The translations under genes were made by a program, and so were the position numbers. Source: Lama guanicoe (Eukaryota). From it: a DNA stretch of 64,000 bases. The stretch lies in contig MU054026.1 of NCBI GenBank assembly GCA_013239625.1, positions 124,001 through 188,000 on the forward strand, read 5' to 3'. The notes under the pieces were generated by a model that saw nothing but the letters and a program-made list of their open reading frames with translations, made no database searches and had not been told where the DNA came from. Positions 51,720 to 64,000 of this stretch are shown here, piece after piece (the stretch's first letter is position 1; every line of letters begins with the position of its first letter).

Positions 51720-52100
51720 TGGAACGCCGCGACGTGGGGAGGTGAGTCTGGCCGTGACCACTAATGGGGAACGACTCACGATCAGTGCCCAGGGCCGGCA
51801 TGTCAGTTCCCAGCTGCTGACAAGCCCAGCCCTCGACAGTGGAACACATGGCCGTGAGCTCAGTCACTCTGTGTCACTCGAGCTGCAAATCTTCTAGTCA
51901 ACAGGACAAGCCTGGAAGCAGGAGCGGGAACAGAAGTCGGCAGGTTCAACCGCGGCTGGAGGTGCTGCCCTGAGAGGAGGTCAGAGGAGAGAAATGAAGG
52001 CGGTGGCGTTAACTGAGCCAGCAGTGAGCGTCCGAGCCAGCGCTGCCCGTGAGCTCTACCAGGGCACCCGAAGGGCGACACCAGGAGACGAGCGAGGGCT
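51720..52100. promoter_or_regulatory. Small CpG-island-like patch
   Basis: About 25 CpG in 380 bp by hand count, GC-rich. Confidence 0.45.
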
Positions 52101-52109
52101 GGAAGTGTC

Positions 52110-52310
52110 AGAGAAACCTGGATTCAAAGCCCAGCTCTGCCACTTAATGAGTGGCCTTGGGCAAGCTACTTAGTATCTCTAAGCCACCACTTACCCATCC
52201 ATAAAATAAAGATAGTGAAATCCACCTCGCAGGGCAGGGTGTGGAGATTTACTCAGATACGGACGGGACAGGTCTGGCACCACGTCTGGCAGGTTGAAGG
52301 CACTTGGTGA
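52110..52310 (+). mobile_element. MIR SINE
   Basis: cctggattcaaagcccagctctgccactta...ccttgggcaagctacttagtatctctaagcc...catccataaaat. Confidence 0.85.
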
Positions 52311-54959
52311 ACCTTAATCCCACTCCAGGAGCTGCCTCAAGGGAGCACAGCCAAGGGAGGTGGGGGCGGGGGAGAGGCCATGAATTAAGTAGTTACAGAA
52401 CGACCTGCTAGAAATGAGAACAGGACCTCAGGAGCACACGGAGGAACTACCTTAGCCCAGCCTGGAGAACATGGGAAGCAGCAGAAGAGATGCTCAAGGA
52501 ACGCTCAAGAGAAGGTGAGCGTGGGCTGCTGAGTTGAAGGACGCCAGCCTGCAGAGAGCATGAGGCAACGGGCACACGCCAAGGTCAAGAAACCAGAGAC
52601 ACCGCAGGAGTGGCTGTCCCGGGTCCGAGACCCGCCAGGGTCAGCACACAACCGCTGACCCCTCCTCTCCACCACTCAGACAGCAAGAAGAGAAAACTCA
52701 GTAAATACAGTGACTCTGCGAGGAAACAGGGAAAAGCCAGCTAGCCGCTAAAGTGGACAACTTTTGAATGGATTCTCCAGGGAGCCTAGGAAGGCAGTGG
52801 GAATTAGAGCTGACTGCAAAGGAAACTTTACACCCAGGCCCTTCCCATCAACCTCACTAATTTCTCACCAGGAAAAGCTCTCGACCTAACTGATAAGAGT
52901 CTGAGACTTAATACTCATTTTTTTCTTGCTAGTGACCAAGGTCCTGTGGGTTGCATGCGCCCTACTGTGGCAAGAGCATGGCCACTTCCTGCCCCAGGTG
53001 CTAGACCCCAGGGCAGGGTCTGTCCCTTTGGATTTCATTCAGCCATCCTGCATCTTGTTAGCCTTTCAGAATTTCCACGTGGTTAATACACTTACTAGGC
53101 ATATTCAGGACCTGCTTTCTAGAAATAGCCTTTCTACTCTTCCTTCCCGCATCTGCCACAAACAGGACAAGAAAGAAACAGACTGGGAAAGATTCTGCAT
53201 CCAAAACCATTTTTGGCAACGCTTGACTATTTGAGATTCGAAGGAGAGGACGAAAGAAGCAAGGACTTCCCTGGTCCCAGCCATCATCAGCTTTTCTCAA
53301 AGCGCTCGGAACTGGGTTACAGCAGCCTAGACAGCAGTGCAATAACTTTGATTTTTACTGTCATGGTTTGTATGTCTACCTCCCTCAGCAATTCCAGAGG
53401 CAGGGAATTTAGAGGTATAAATAAGGCACAGATACCCCTAAGGACTGAAATTTGTAAAATCCAAGCTCCAAGAACATAGAAATTGAGAGAGCAAATATAA
53501 TGTACCTATTTAAGGAGATTAATCGGAAACCCAGAAAGAGAAATGATGATGAACAATGTTTTGTGTGTGTGTGTGTTTGTGTGTGTGATTGGTAATAGTA
53601 TGTTTTGATTTTATGGATAGTACATGCATTTAAAAATTAACGATTTCTGGGAATAGTTAAAGATTATGAAGGAAAATCAGTCAATGGATGAATTGATCAG
53701 TATTTATTTGGGGAGGGCATCTATTTTGAGACTACCGGGATGCTGGAAACACAGAAACTGATAACAGGAATGCCTGGATACTTCCTAAATGCAAGGTGCT
53801 CTGCTAGACAGAGGTAATTCAAAAAGAAAAAGCCTCTGTCCTCATGTAACAGGGTTGGAAACAAGATTGCTTAGAAATAACATAAAAAAAGAATATTTCA
53901 ATATGGTCAAGTCCTTTTGAGTCAATATATAATTCAGGTCCAAAAAGCAACAGCCAAATCTCTCATATCCTACCGAACTTTGGTTTTCTCAAATTGGAAA
54001 AGGGACAGTAAGACCCACCTTATGAGGTTGTTGTTAAGGTTAAGGGAGATAATTTACATAAAGTTTCCAACACTGCCTGGCTTGCAGTTCAAAACCGTGA
54101 GATCCCTACCTTTGTTTCCCTAAATATATTAACTTTTACCCATGAGAAAGGCAATGAATAATGCTGGGGGCAGATTAGCAAAGCAGAGAAGTCAGGGCTG
54201 CAGAATTTGAGAATGCCGGCCCATTTCAGGCGGTAGAGAGAGGATTCTACACTACTGTGAAGATTGAGCTGGGAGGAAATGGGGAAGGAGTTTGGGCGAC
54301 TCTCGCCCTTTGGTCCCAACCGCCTAGTGGAAAAGGGACTAAACCTGTAGCTCTCGGGGAGAACTGACCTGAATTCAGACTGTTAGAAGCAGGGAATTCA
54401 CATTCATTACTCTGGCTTATGGGTTAAAAACGATCATCATCAACGCTGTAATGACTGCCTGCTACATGTCCTGGCAGAGATGGAGGAGAAGGAAAAGGAG
54501 GATGAAGAGGAGGGGAGTTACAAGGAAGAGAAGGAAACAAAGGTGTATCGAGGAGCACAAGAGGAGAGGGAAGAGGGGGATATTGCTCAGCCATAGTTTG
54601 AAAGAGTAGATCTGAAGCGGACCCATTAAATTCAGTAATTGCATCATCACTGCCGCCAGACCAAGCTGCTCCAAGAAGCGCTTTGCTGTGATCTATGACG
54701 CGGGTGGGGCTGGTGAGCAAAGTCTACATGATACAGTGCCTGTGAATTCAACAAAGGTTTAGTCATTGAAAAGGACAACATCGAGTTTTGGCCAAGGATT
54801 TTAAAAATGAGTACTCCATGTGGTGGAAAAAACGTTAAACACGATAACGATAGAAGAAAATCTTGCTATAATTATTGCTCCATATGTTACCACCTTCAAG
54901 GGAAAATATATACATATAAAGTGAGAATAATCCCCCATATGGGTTTCCAGATCTATTTT

Positions 54960-55266
54960 ATTTATTTTTTTTTAACTGAAGTATAGTCAGTTACAATGTG
55001 TCAATTTCTGGTGTGCAGCATAATGCCCCAGTCTTGCCTATATATACATATATTTGTTTTCATATTCTTTTTTGTTAAAGGTTATTACAAGATATTGAAT
55101 ATAGTTCCCTGTGCCATACAGAAGAAACGTTTTTTTAATTTATTTTTATATATAGCAGTTAACATTTACAAATCTCAAACTCCCCAGTTTATCCCTAACC
55201 ATCCCCTTTCCCCCAGTAACCATAAGAGTGTTCACTAATGAACTCATCTCCGAAACAGAAACAGAC
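54960..55266 (-). mobile_element. Short young L1 3' end with an inverted 5' segment
   Basis: 54960-55232 is antisense L1 3'UTR; 55233-55266 is a sense-oriented upstream 3'UTR piece. TSD tccagatctatttt (54946-54959) / tccagatccatttt (55267-55280). Confidence 0.9.
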
Positions 55267-55679
55267 TCCAGATCCATTTTTTAAAGTGAGCAATCCCAGG
55301 TTCAGACAAAAGGAGCATTATTAAATGATCGCAAACCACAAGACTTACAGGGGAACAGCCTCAGCTCCAGTGTAAACACGGGAAGATCAGGTAAATATGA
55401 CCAGCAGTGCAGGATTTATACCTCTCAGAGAGCTGGAGAATGTCGTGGATTGCCCAAGCTGGAAGGGACATCCAGGGGTTAGTAGGTACATGACCCGTCC
55501 ACTTGCTTTTTCATGACAAAATTATCATTTTACATGCAAGGTGGACCTGGAGGTAGAGCCAGATCACCATTTAAGGAGAATTTCCACATTCTTCTACCAA
55601 TATTTTGTAAATTGTGGCTTTATTTGAGGGGAAAAAGTGGCAAGCCTGAGGCTGGTTTGCTTCTTGACTTGCTTTAAGA

Positions 55680-56110
55680 CTGTTTCTTAAGAGCAGCTTA
55701 AGGTTCAAAGCAGAATTGAAGGAAAGTTACAGAGATCTCTCATATACCTTCATCCCCACAATTCCCCCATTACACCCCCCATTATCAGCATCCGCACCAG
55801 AGCAGCACACGTGTTACAATGGATGAATCTTCATCAACACACGACAATCATCCAAAGTCCAGAGTTTATATTGGGGTTCTCTCTTGGTGTTACTGGACAC
55901 AGGTAAAATGACACGTGTCCATCATTATCATCATACAGAAGAGTATTTTCACTTCCCTGAAAATCCTCTGTGCTCTACCCATTCATCCCCCTTTCCCAGC
56001 TGTGGCAACCAACAATCCTTTTACTGTCTCCATAGCTTTGCCTTTTCCTGAATGTCATATGGTTGGAATCATACAGTATGTAGCCATTTCAGACTATTTT
56101 CTTCCTAAAT
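55680..56110 (-). mobile_element. Old L1 (L1MC-like) 3' end
   Basis: gagcagcttaaggttcaaagcagaattgaaggaaagttacagaga...ttttactgtctccatagctttgccttttcctgaatgtcatatggttggaatcatacagtatgtagcc. Confidence 0.85.
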
Positions 56111-58827
56111 AGGTGATTGGTGATTGGAGCAGGGAGAGGCATGTGCGTGTTTCTCCTACTTAGAATCATGAAACCCCAACTACATCTGTCTGGTTCATTT
56201 CTGCATCTCCAGGGACTAGGGTAGCGTCTGACACATTACAGATACTCAGTAAGTACCTGGGACGGGCGTGAATGAATCCCAGGCTGCCTGGGATTTCTCC
56301 GTAATGCTGCTCTTTGAGCTCTTTCAGGAAACTTAGGATTCAACCACCACCTCTCCGGCCCAGCGTTCTAACCACAGAATTTCCTGATTTTCTTCTTTAC
56401 AATCTAGACTTTCTAATATTTCTTTTGAGAATGAGGATTTGTGGGTGTGTGTGATTGCCACACACCCCCAAAGGCCAGCGGAAAACTTAACAGCTTATCT
56501 TGTTACAACTCACAGACAAATTTAAAAGCAAAACACAGGATTTCCTGAATAATAATTCTCTTTGTGAAGAATACAGTGCAAATACCAAAGCTGCCTCAAT
56601 AATTAGTGATGTTACTTCTTCCATTAAACGTGCTTTGATATCATTAGCCCATGTAAATCTTTACTTCCTAAACTTCTATAGCAAGATTTGTCTGTAACAC
56701 TTATGGAATACTTGGCTAATTTGTGTCCTATAATTTTCCCAAATGTTTACAAAGACATATTTTGATCCCTCAACAGGCACAGAAGCCCTTGGAGAAGGAC
56801 TGCACACCATGTCTCCTTTGAGCCACACAACATCCTTTTGTGTAATTTCGCAAAGTATATTCTACTGGTCTGTTCGTGTATGTCGTCAGTATGGCTACAT
56901 GTAATAAAACTTTTGAAAAGCAATCAGTCATCCACATAATCCAATGCCACTTGTTGCTAAACATCTGAATGGCACTGAAGGATACCTAACCCACCTTCAG
57001 AAGGCCAGTGACAGAGGAGCCAAGGGAAGGCAGAGACAGAGACCTGGGATAGGACCTGAGAGCTTGGGTTTGGGCAGGACAAAGTGGAGCAAGAGAGAAA
57101 ACAAAGACCTATTACAAAAGCCCTAAAAACAAAACAGATTAAACTGATTCATCCTCTACAGTTGAGAAAGATAAAGGCTAAAAGGAGAGAAAACTCAAAT
57201 CTGCCCTTCAACCATAATTTGGAAAAATATGCAATATAAACTGATAAAGCATTGTTTGCTATGGACTTTTTTAAAGAATATTTAGAAAATATGATGGAAT
57301 TGGTGACAGATTTTTAACCAAATTTGTTTGAATACTAGGGAGAAGCTCACCAATTCCCTTTCAACTTGGGCTATTTTAATAGTCGATAGACTTTTTTTTT
57401 TCTTATTTTGAAATAATTGAGCCTCCTCAGTCCTACTGGTCTCAGTTCTGTCTCTGGGGCTCAGTAAATATAATTTCACAAAGTAATAATTACCAAGAAC
57501 TTTGTGTAAGGAAGGCTTTCTCTCTCTCTCTATTGGAACACTAAGGAGGTACTTTCTAGGTGAAGCAGGATGTTGCCACTTAAACCCCATCTTTCAATTT
57601 CACCTTGTAAGACCTTTGACCTACTTAGGACTTTTGTCCCAATAAATAAACAAATACTGAAAAAAAAAATCAACAAAGTTAAACTGAAAAAGGCTAACAC
57701 TTCACATAGCAAAATAAAAGAAAAATTGATTGAAAGATGTCATCATGTTAGTAAGTTTCAAAACTATAAAAATTGACCCAGGAAAATTAGACCTAGTGAA
57801 AATAATTGTTGCAAAATAAAACTGACAGTGGTTGAAAATGCATTGCGGAAAAGTGTGTTATCGGCTCAAAATGGATGGAGATATCTAATTTTCTTGCCCA
57901 AATTTTGATCTGGAGAATCTGATTCAGAAAAATTGGATGCAGTAGATACAACTCCCATAAAAAAACAGTCAAATTGGCAGAAGCAAGATTTTTCATAGAT
58001 GAGTTAAATCATCATTGTAAGTTTTATGCATGAATATTTGTTCCTGAAAAAATGATTTTAATTAAATAAAATAAAATTGGGGGGAGGGGGCAGAATAGTA
58101 AACGGCTTAACTACAGTCTATAGAAAACTGTTCAAGGCATTAGATTGGCTTGAGTTCATTCTCAAAAGGCTTTCTCAGTGAAAATTTATTGATTAGAGTC
58201 TATAATTGTTGGTATAATTCTGATTTGTTAACACAGAATTCAAATCTCATCACTGTCTAAATATTGGGGTTAAAATAGCATTGAGTGACCTACATTGTTC
58301 TCCAAAGAACAAACACTAAGAATGAATCACCCTGTAAATAGGCTTCTAGCAAAGTTTAGACCACTAAGCGATAAATCCAACATCCATATTAAGGGAATAT
58401 TGGGGTCTTTGAAGTCAAATTCTATTAGGTTCTATTAAAGAAGTATTAAAGAAACAGAAGGGTCTATTAAAGGCACATTAATATTTCTCCAAGGTGGCCT
58501 CGAAGAGGTTCCTGTGTTTTTGAGTGCCACAAATTTAATAAATGTTTCTTGTGCATCTACTTCATGGCAGATACTGTAGCATTAAATGCTGACGTACAGA
58601 CAGCCACGTGGAGTTTATTCAGAAGCCTGCTCCACAGAGGAACTAAAAGAGATGCCTGTAGGATCATCTGAACTCAGAGTGGTCCTTAACCAAATCGCAG
58701 TGTGTGTGAGCTCCCTCCCACCAACTGTTTGGTAAGAATAAAACCCTGAGCGAAGGGACATTAAGAATGCTGACAAATGAGACTGACGTTTGACAGACAT
58801 CGCTTGGGTCAAACCGGATTTACTTAA

Positions 58828-59355
58828 AGCAATGGTTAATTTTATGTGTCAACTTGACTGAGCTAAGGGATGCCCAGATAGCTGGTAAAACATTATTTCT
58901 GGAAGTGCCTGTGAGGGTTTTCAGAAAGACATTAGCATTCAAATAGGCAGACTGAGTAAAGAAGACGGCCCTCACAAAAGCAAGTGGGCGTCACCCAATC
59001 CTTTGAGGGCCCGAACACAACAAAAAGCAGAGCAAGGGCACATTTCTCTCTGCTTGAGCTGGACCAGCCATCTTTTTCTACCTTTGGTCAGCTGCGCTCC
59101 CAGCTCTTGAGCCTTCGGGCTGGGTCCAAGATTTACGCCATTGGCTCCCCTGGTTCTCAGGCCTTTAGATTTGGATTGAAACCAAACCACTGGCTTTCCT
59201 TGGCCTCCAGCTTGGAGATGACAGATCTTGGGACTTCATAATCATGTGAGCCAGTTTCTCACAATAAATCTCTTTCTGTATATCTATTGAGCTACCAATT
59301 GATTGATTGATTGATTGACTGATATATGTAGAGAGAGAGACAGAGATAGGTAGAT

Positions 59356-59408
<53 letters not shown>

Positions 59409-59459
59409 TTAGATAGATACCCTATTGGTTCTTTTCTCTGGAGAACCCTGACTAGTACA
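58828..59459 (+). mobile_element. MLT2 (ERVL) solo LTR with internal microsatellite
   Basis: atggttaattttatgtgtcaacttgactg...ctggagaaccctgactagtaca; perfect 5-bp TSD cttaa (58823-58827 / 59460-59464). Confidence 0.93.
59298..59419. repeat. Compound (GATT)n-(GA)n-(GATA)n microsatellite
   Basis: Seen directly, inside the MLT2 LTR. Confidence 0.95.
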
Positions 59460-60679
59460 CTTAACCAAAGGACACAGAAGAAAGTAACCAAATTCAGGAC
59501 CCAGAGCTGAGAACTCAGTAATAGACAGATGAAAAAGGTTTCAGACCCCTGACTAATAGGATATATAACTATGAGTATTGACACCTGAGTAAGAGTCCCA
59601 TTAGACTCTCAGTAGGAGCAGGTTGATACAAAGAGCCTGGATACTTCCCAGAGAGCATGTCATACACTTAAGTCAACCATGGGTAAGCCTACGCACTTGA
59701 CGACATGGTGCAGTGCGGTACAATGCAGACACTCAGAAGCAAACAGCTTTCATCTCTGTCAGCCTCCCATGACAGTATAGTCTGGTCCAAGTACATTTTG
59801 AACTCAACACTGTGGAGCCAGAATGCGGGTCCACTGGACAGATGTCTCTGTCACACTAACAGATAGCTATGAGGCCTATCCTTAGAAGCTGTCAGTGACA
59901 CAAGGAGAGAAAGAAATTACCCATAACTCTTTTTTATATAGAGTCCCAAGGGGAAGATGGCCACTCATCGCTCATTACCCATTCTCTCCTTCTTACCTGA
60001 TAGTTGAATTATTAGCTGGGCAATTGGCCATCTAGGTAGGACTACCTTTCTCAACCACAGGATAAATTCTGACCAATGGAACATTAGTATAATTGATGTT
60101 GGCAATTTCTGGATTGTGCTGTTAAGAAAAAGATAATGTCCCATCCTACAGAAATCATAAAAATAGACAGTTAGCTTGAAATATGTGGGTGAAGGAGACA
60201 TCTTGCCAGAGAAGAGGGTGAAAATAATCTTCCCAAATAAGATTTCTCAACCACACGCGCCTTTCCCAACCATTCCAGGCACCTCATAGCCTGTGGGCAT
60301 TCAAAACTTCCAAACAAGGTTGAACCTTCACGTGAGAGAGAAATTGACTTCCATATTCTTTGAACCAATGTTATTTTGGGCCCTTGTTAAAACTCAATTT
60401 ATATCAAAAACAATTGAGCCATATGTTTTTGTTTTTGTTTTTGTTTCTAGCAGCAATGCTTATACCTAAAGAAGGTCTTTGTGTAAGAAAGAATATGGGC
60501 CACGGGGTCCATATTTGTTCCATCTTGTCCATATGCCATTTGACGGAGGGTCCCAGATGTAGCCTTAGAATTTAACGCACTTCACTGTTTGCACAATTTG
60601 CTTGATATAGACTGTTTTCATTCATCAGATTTCTGTGTGCTATATATTTTAGCGCTCTAGGAAATAGTCTAAGGAAATA

Positions 60680-61062
60680 ATGTTATGTGACTTTCAAGGC
60701 AAGGTCACAAAAGAAGACACAGCATCTTCCTGGCTCTCTCTGTTATGGGGTATTCATTCCATGGGGAGCCCAAACCATACCAGAGAGAGAGACCAGATGG
60801 AGAAGCCTACGTGACGCAGAACTGGGGCCCCCAACCAAGAGCAATCTCACCCTTCAGACACGTGAGTGAATGAACCTTCAGATGATTCCAGCTTCTCACT
60901 TCCAAGTCCTCCAAAGCCCCCAACACTGGGCAGGAAAGACACACTTTCCACCCTGCACCCTACCCAAATTTCCAACCCACAGAATCTATGAACATGATGA
61001 ATGTGTGTTTAATGCCACTAAGTTCTGGGTGTTATTTGCTGTGGAGCCAAATAACTGGAACA
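60680..61062 (+). mobile_element. MLT1 LTR (3' two-thirds)
   Basis: gtgactttcaaggcaaggtcacaaaaga...cagacacgtgagtgaatgaaccttcagatgattccagc...ataactggaaca. Confidence 0.8.
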
Positions 61063-62904
61063 GATCCTTTACATGAAAGATAGCAAGTTTCAGGACAACA
61101 TATGCAGTATAATCCCATTTATAGAAAAATATCGGTCCAAGCTATAGATGTACATGTGAATATAAAATTATATATGTATACGTGTGAATTTTTACATACG
61201 CAGAAATACATAGACAATTGTCTGGAGGGACACACAGTAAGTTGCAAAGTGTTACCTCGAGATGATGGGAGGAAGAATAAGGCGAGGAGGTAAAAGACAC
61301 TTGAGACTTTGGCTCTATATTATTCTAGATTATTTAAATTGTATGACACCAGCAAACAATTTAAACGGGAGAGGAAAGGAGGAAAGGTAGGCAAAGGAGT
61401 TTTGTCCAGGAACTGAAAAATTTAGTCGAATCCATGAATAAATAAACTGTAGATCAGATTTAGGGGAAAAGGAGGACTGAGCCTTGATAGGAATCCGGAC
61501 ACCACCGTTGAAGAACCACATTAACTTAGACAATTCCTTCAATCCTTTTTAAGCCTTAAATTTCCTGACTACAAGACAAAATAACACTTTATTTTCTTAG
61601 CATTGCTAAAAGGATAAAATAAAATGCAGTATAAAGCCTTCAACAGAGTGCTTAAAATATACCATGTTTTATATAAAGAGGAAAGTTCACTTCACCTTTC
61701 TGCTTGAAAGAATGGAGGGGAAAGGGCATTCAAGTGAGCAAAAGGATGGAAGGGAAAATTCCGGTGGCAGGGACAATGTACAGATCAAGCTACATAAATC
61801 TTGAGTCTGATTTAAGGTGTAGTCAGAGGGTTATAAGGGGAAATCTGAGCTGATCATGTGCAAATATATACATATCATTGTAACTGATCCTTTGTTCCCA
61901 TACAGTTCAGACGCATCCAACCAAGGTACACGGCTGTGTTTCACAAGGTGTGGCTGTTAGAGATGCACACAGCATTCTTGATTAAAGAAAAAATCAGATT
62001 TCTTCTTCTCTTACATACAAATCGGTACTTGTGGCATTCCTTGGTTTCTGTAGTACTATAGCAGTAATACAGCAAATTTCAAATCTAGGTGTTCTGAAAG
62101 AGACATCGTCCGAGGGGAGAAGGATGCACTTGAAAACCCATCAGAAACACGTGCACAGTGTCCTTTGAAGCCTCAGCTCCCCGACTCCCTGTTCTGCCCT
62201 GAGTATAAGACCTTATTCCAAAAGGTTGAATAAAAAGGGAAGATAGACTAATGATTAAAAAAAAAAATCAGATACAGCCTTGCCCCAATAGCCCACCCAT
62301 CATACTTTCAAATAAGCTGATCGCTCACAGCAAAGGTTATTTAGAACAAAGTGGAGCTCCCGCGTCCATTTATTTGAATGTATTTCCATTTCAATCACCC
62401 TGCTTCAGAAGTCGCCTCTCCTTCCCGCCACGTAAGGTGAACAGATGTGATTTTAAGGACTTACTTCACAAACTCCTGCTCTGAAATAAACAGGATTGTC
62501 TGGATAGTGGAATTTTTTTTTTTTTACTTCATTTGGGGCATAAGACTCAAAAATTAGTTCATTTCTGATCCTACTCGTGTGAGGGCATCAGATTAGTCGC
62601 CTTTCAATATCCTTAGTCATCGGTTCCCAGAGGAGTGGGTTTTCCTCTTCTATGTGCACAAATACATTAAAGTTGTCTGCTTGAGTGAGGAAGTAGAGAT
62701 CAAGACGACTTTCTGAAATTTTTTTTATTTCATTCGGCATCATCAAGGGTATACAAAGGAATCCTCTAAAAGGAGTGGGCGATCAGTTGAAGCTTCTTTT
62801 CCAGAAAACAGGAAGGGATGGAGTGATCTGAAGAGAACCAGCTATGTAACTCCTTGTGCAATAGGTACTCTTGACAAAAAATCATTTTATTTCAAACGAT
62901 TAAC

Positions 62905-63101
62905 AACAGGATTGTACTGTGTAGCACAGGGAAACGTATACAGGATCTTGTGGTGGCTCACAGCGAAAGAGAATGTGACGATGAGTGTATGTGTGTTCAT
63001 GTATAATTGAAAGATTGTGCTCTTCACTGGAATTTGACACAACATTGTAGAATGACTATAACTCAAAAAAAAACTTTAAAAAATTAAAAAATTAAAAAAA
63101 A
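62905..63101 (+). mobile_element. Short young L1 3' tail with TSD
   Basis: Homologous to 49180-49360; TSD tatttcaaacgattaac (62888-62904) / tatttcaagtgattaac (63102-63118). Confidence 0.9.
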
Positions 63102-63479
63102 TATTTCAAGTGATTAACCAGGACCAGTGATGGTGTCGACCCTGAGACTAGACGTGGATGGAGGTATCGCACATTATGAACATTAGCCGTTCATTCATTA
63201 TTTCCAGCGTATTATTAAAACAACAGTAGCGATATTGAAAAGCAAGATACAAGGGGAAAAAATGTGCCACAAATTTTTACCTTTTCTACCCCTAAGGAAA
63301 AGCAATGGCATTATCAAGCAATGTGTCATTTTTGAGCACATTATCTGTTATGTACTAGTGTCACCCTGGGCAAGACTCCTACCCTCCCTAATGGGAAAAT
63401 AAAATTTGCACACAAAATTTAAAAAAAAACTGAAAAAATACAGGACTATTCTGAATAAATGAAAAATAAATCGAGTGTA

Positions 63480-63569
63480 GATCTGGGGTGCAAAGGGTGT
63501 GTAGGAATTCTCTGTACCTTCCTTTCAACTTTGCTGTGATCCTAAAATTATACTAAAAAATAAAGTCTA
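63480..63569 (+). mobile_element. Old L1 3' terminus
   Basis: ggaattctctgtaccttcctttcaactttgctgtgatcctaaaattatactaaaaaataaagtcta. Confidence 0.7.
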
Positions 63570-63697
63570 GCAACCTATAATGAAAAAGAATATGAAAAGG
63601 AATATATGTATGGATATGGATGACTGAGACATTCTGCTGTACACTAGAAATTGTCACAACATTGTAAACTGCCTATACATCAATTAAAAAAGGAAAA
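63570..63697 (+). mobile_element. Very short young L1 3' tail inserted in the A-rich end of an older L1
   Basis: gcaacctataatgaaaaagaatatg...cacaacattgtaaactg; flanked by aaaaaataaagtcta / aaaaaataatagtcta. Confidence 0.85.
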
Positions 63698-64000
63698 AAA
63701 TAATAGTCTATTTGAATAAGTAAATATATAGATGATAGATTGATAATAAATGTGGAGATAGAAGGGAATCTAGAATAAAAAAGGGCAGAGTCATAGATGG
63801 CTTCCTGGAAGAGGTGGACCTTGATTTGGGACTTGAGAGAGGGTAGAATTGGAATATGCTTAGGGAAAGCAGAGAGCCATACCCAGCAAAGGCCAGGAGT
63901 CCAGAGTGCCTGGACTTCATAGAAACCATCTTTATTCCATCAAAAACTGCATGTGGGAAAATATTTGGAAGTAAGTCTGAAGAGTGTAGTAACTAGAAGG

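Noticed and set aside
22831..56628. Recurrent CCATTAAA (22831, 39965, 39995 reverse, 54623, 56621)
   Set aside because: A few copies of this AT-rich 8-mer are expected by chance in 64 kb on two strands; no clear enrichment.
1..64000. CRISPR arrays, operons, rRNA, snRNA/snoRNA, known miRNAs
   Set aside because: This is eukaryotic repeat-laden DNA. I saw no regularly spaced repeats and no recognisable structural RNA or mature miRNA by eye; an Rfam/Infernal scan would be needed to exclude them.

Overview
Mammalian genomic DNA with no recognisable protein-coding gene. It reads as a very long intron or intergenic regulatory interval. Two tRNA-Ala(AGC)-derived SINEs of vic-1 type suggest a camelid (inference). 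The only ORFs with clear protein similarity are broken LINE-1 ORF2 C-terminal remnants (593-1936 minus, 48695-49053 plus); the other listed ORFs look like chance frames. Interspersed repeats cluster at about 0-9 kb, 32-37 kb, 48-50.5 kb and 55-64 kb. They include young 5'-truncated L1s with visible target-site duplications (TSDs), one twin-primed L1, MaLR/ERVL/ERV1 LTRs, hAT and Tigger relics, MIR and L2. The intervals 9.5-29 kb and 39-48 kb are repeat-poor and carry blocks that resemble conserved non-coding enhancers. The most striking unexplained structure is a perfect 33-bp inverted repeat at 40300-40378 inside such a block. There are also two frame-preserving candidate exons (126 nt minus, 48 nt plus). 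Repeat family names come from recalled consensus similarity, not from a database search, and most repeat boundaries are approximate. I cannot identify the host locus and do not claim a new biological system.
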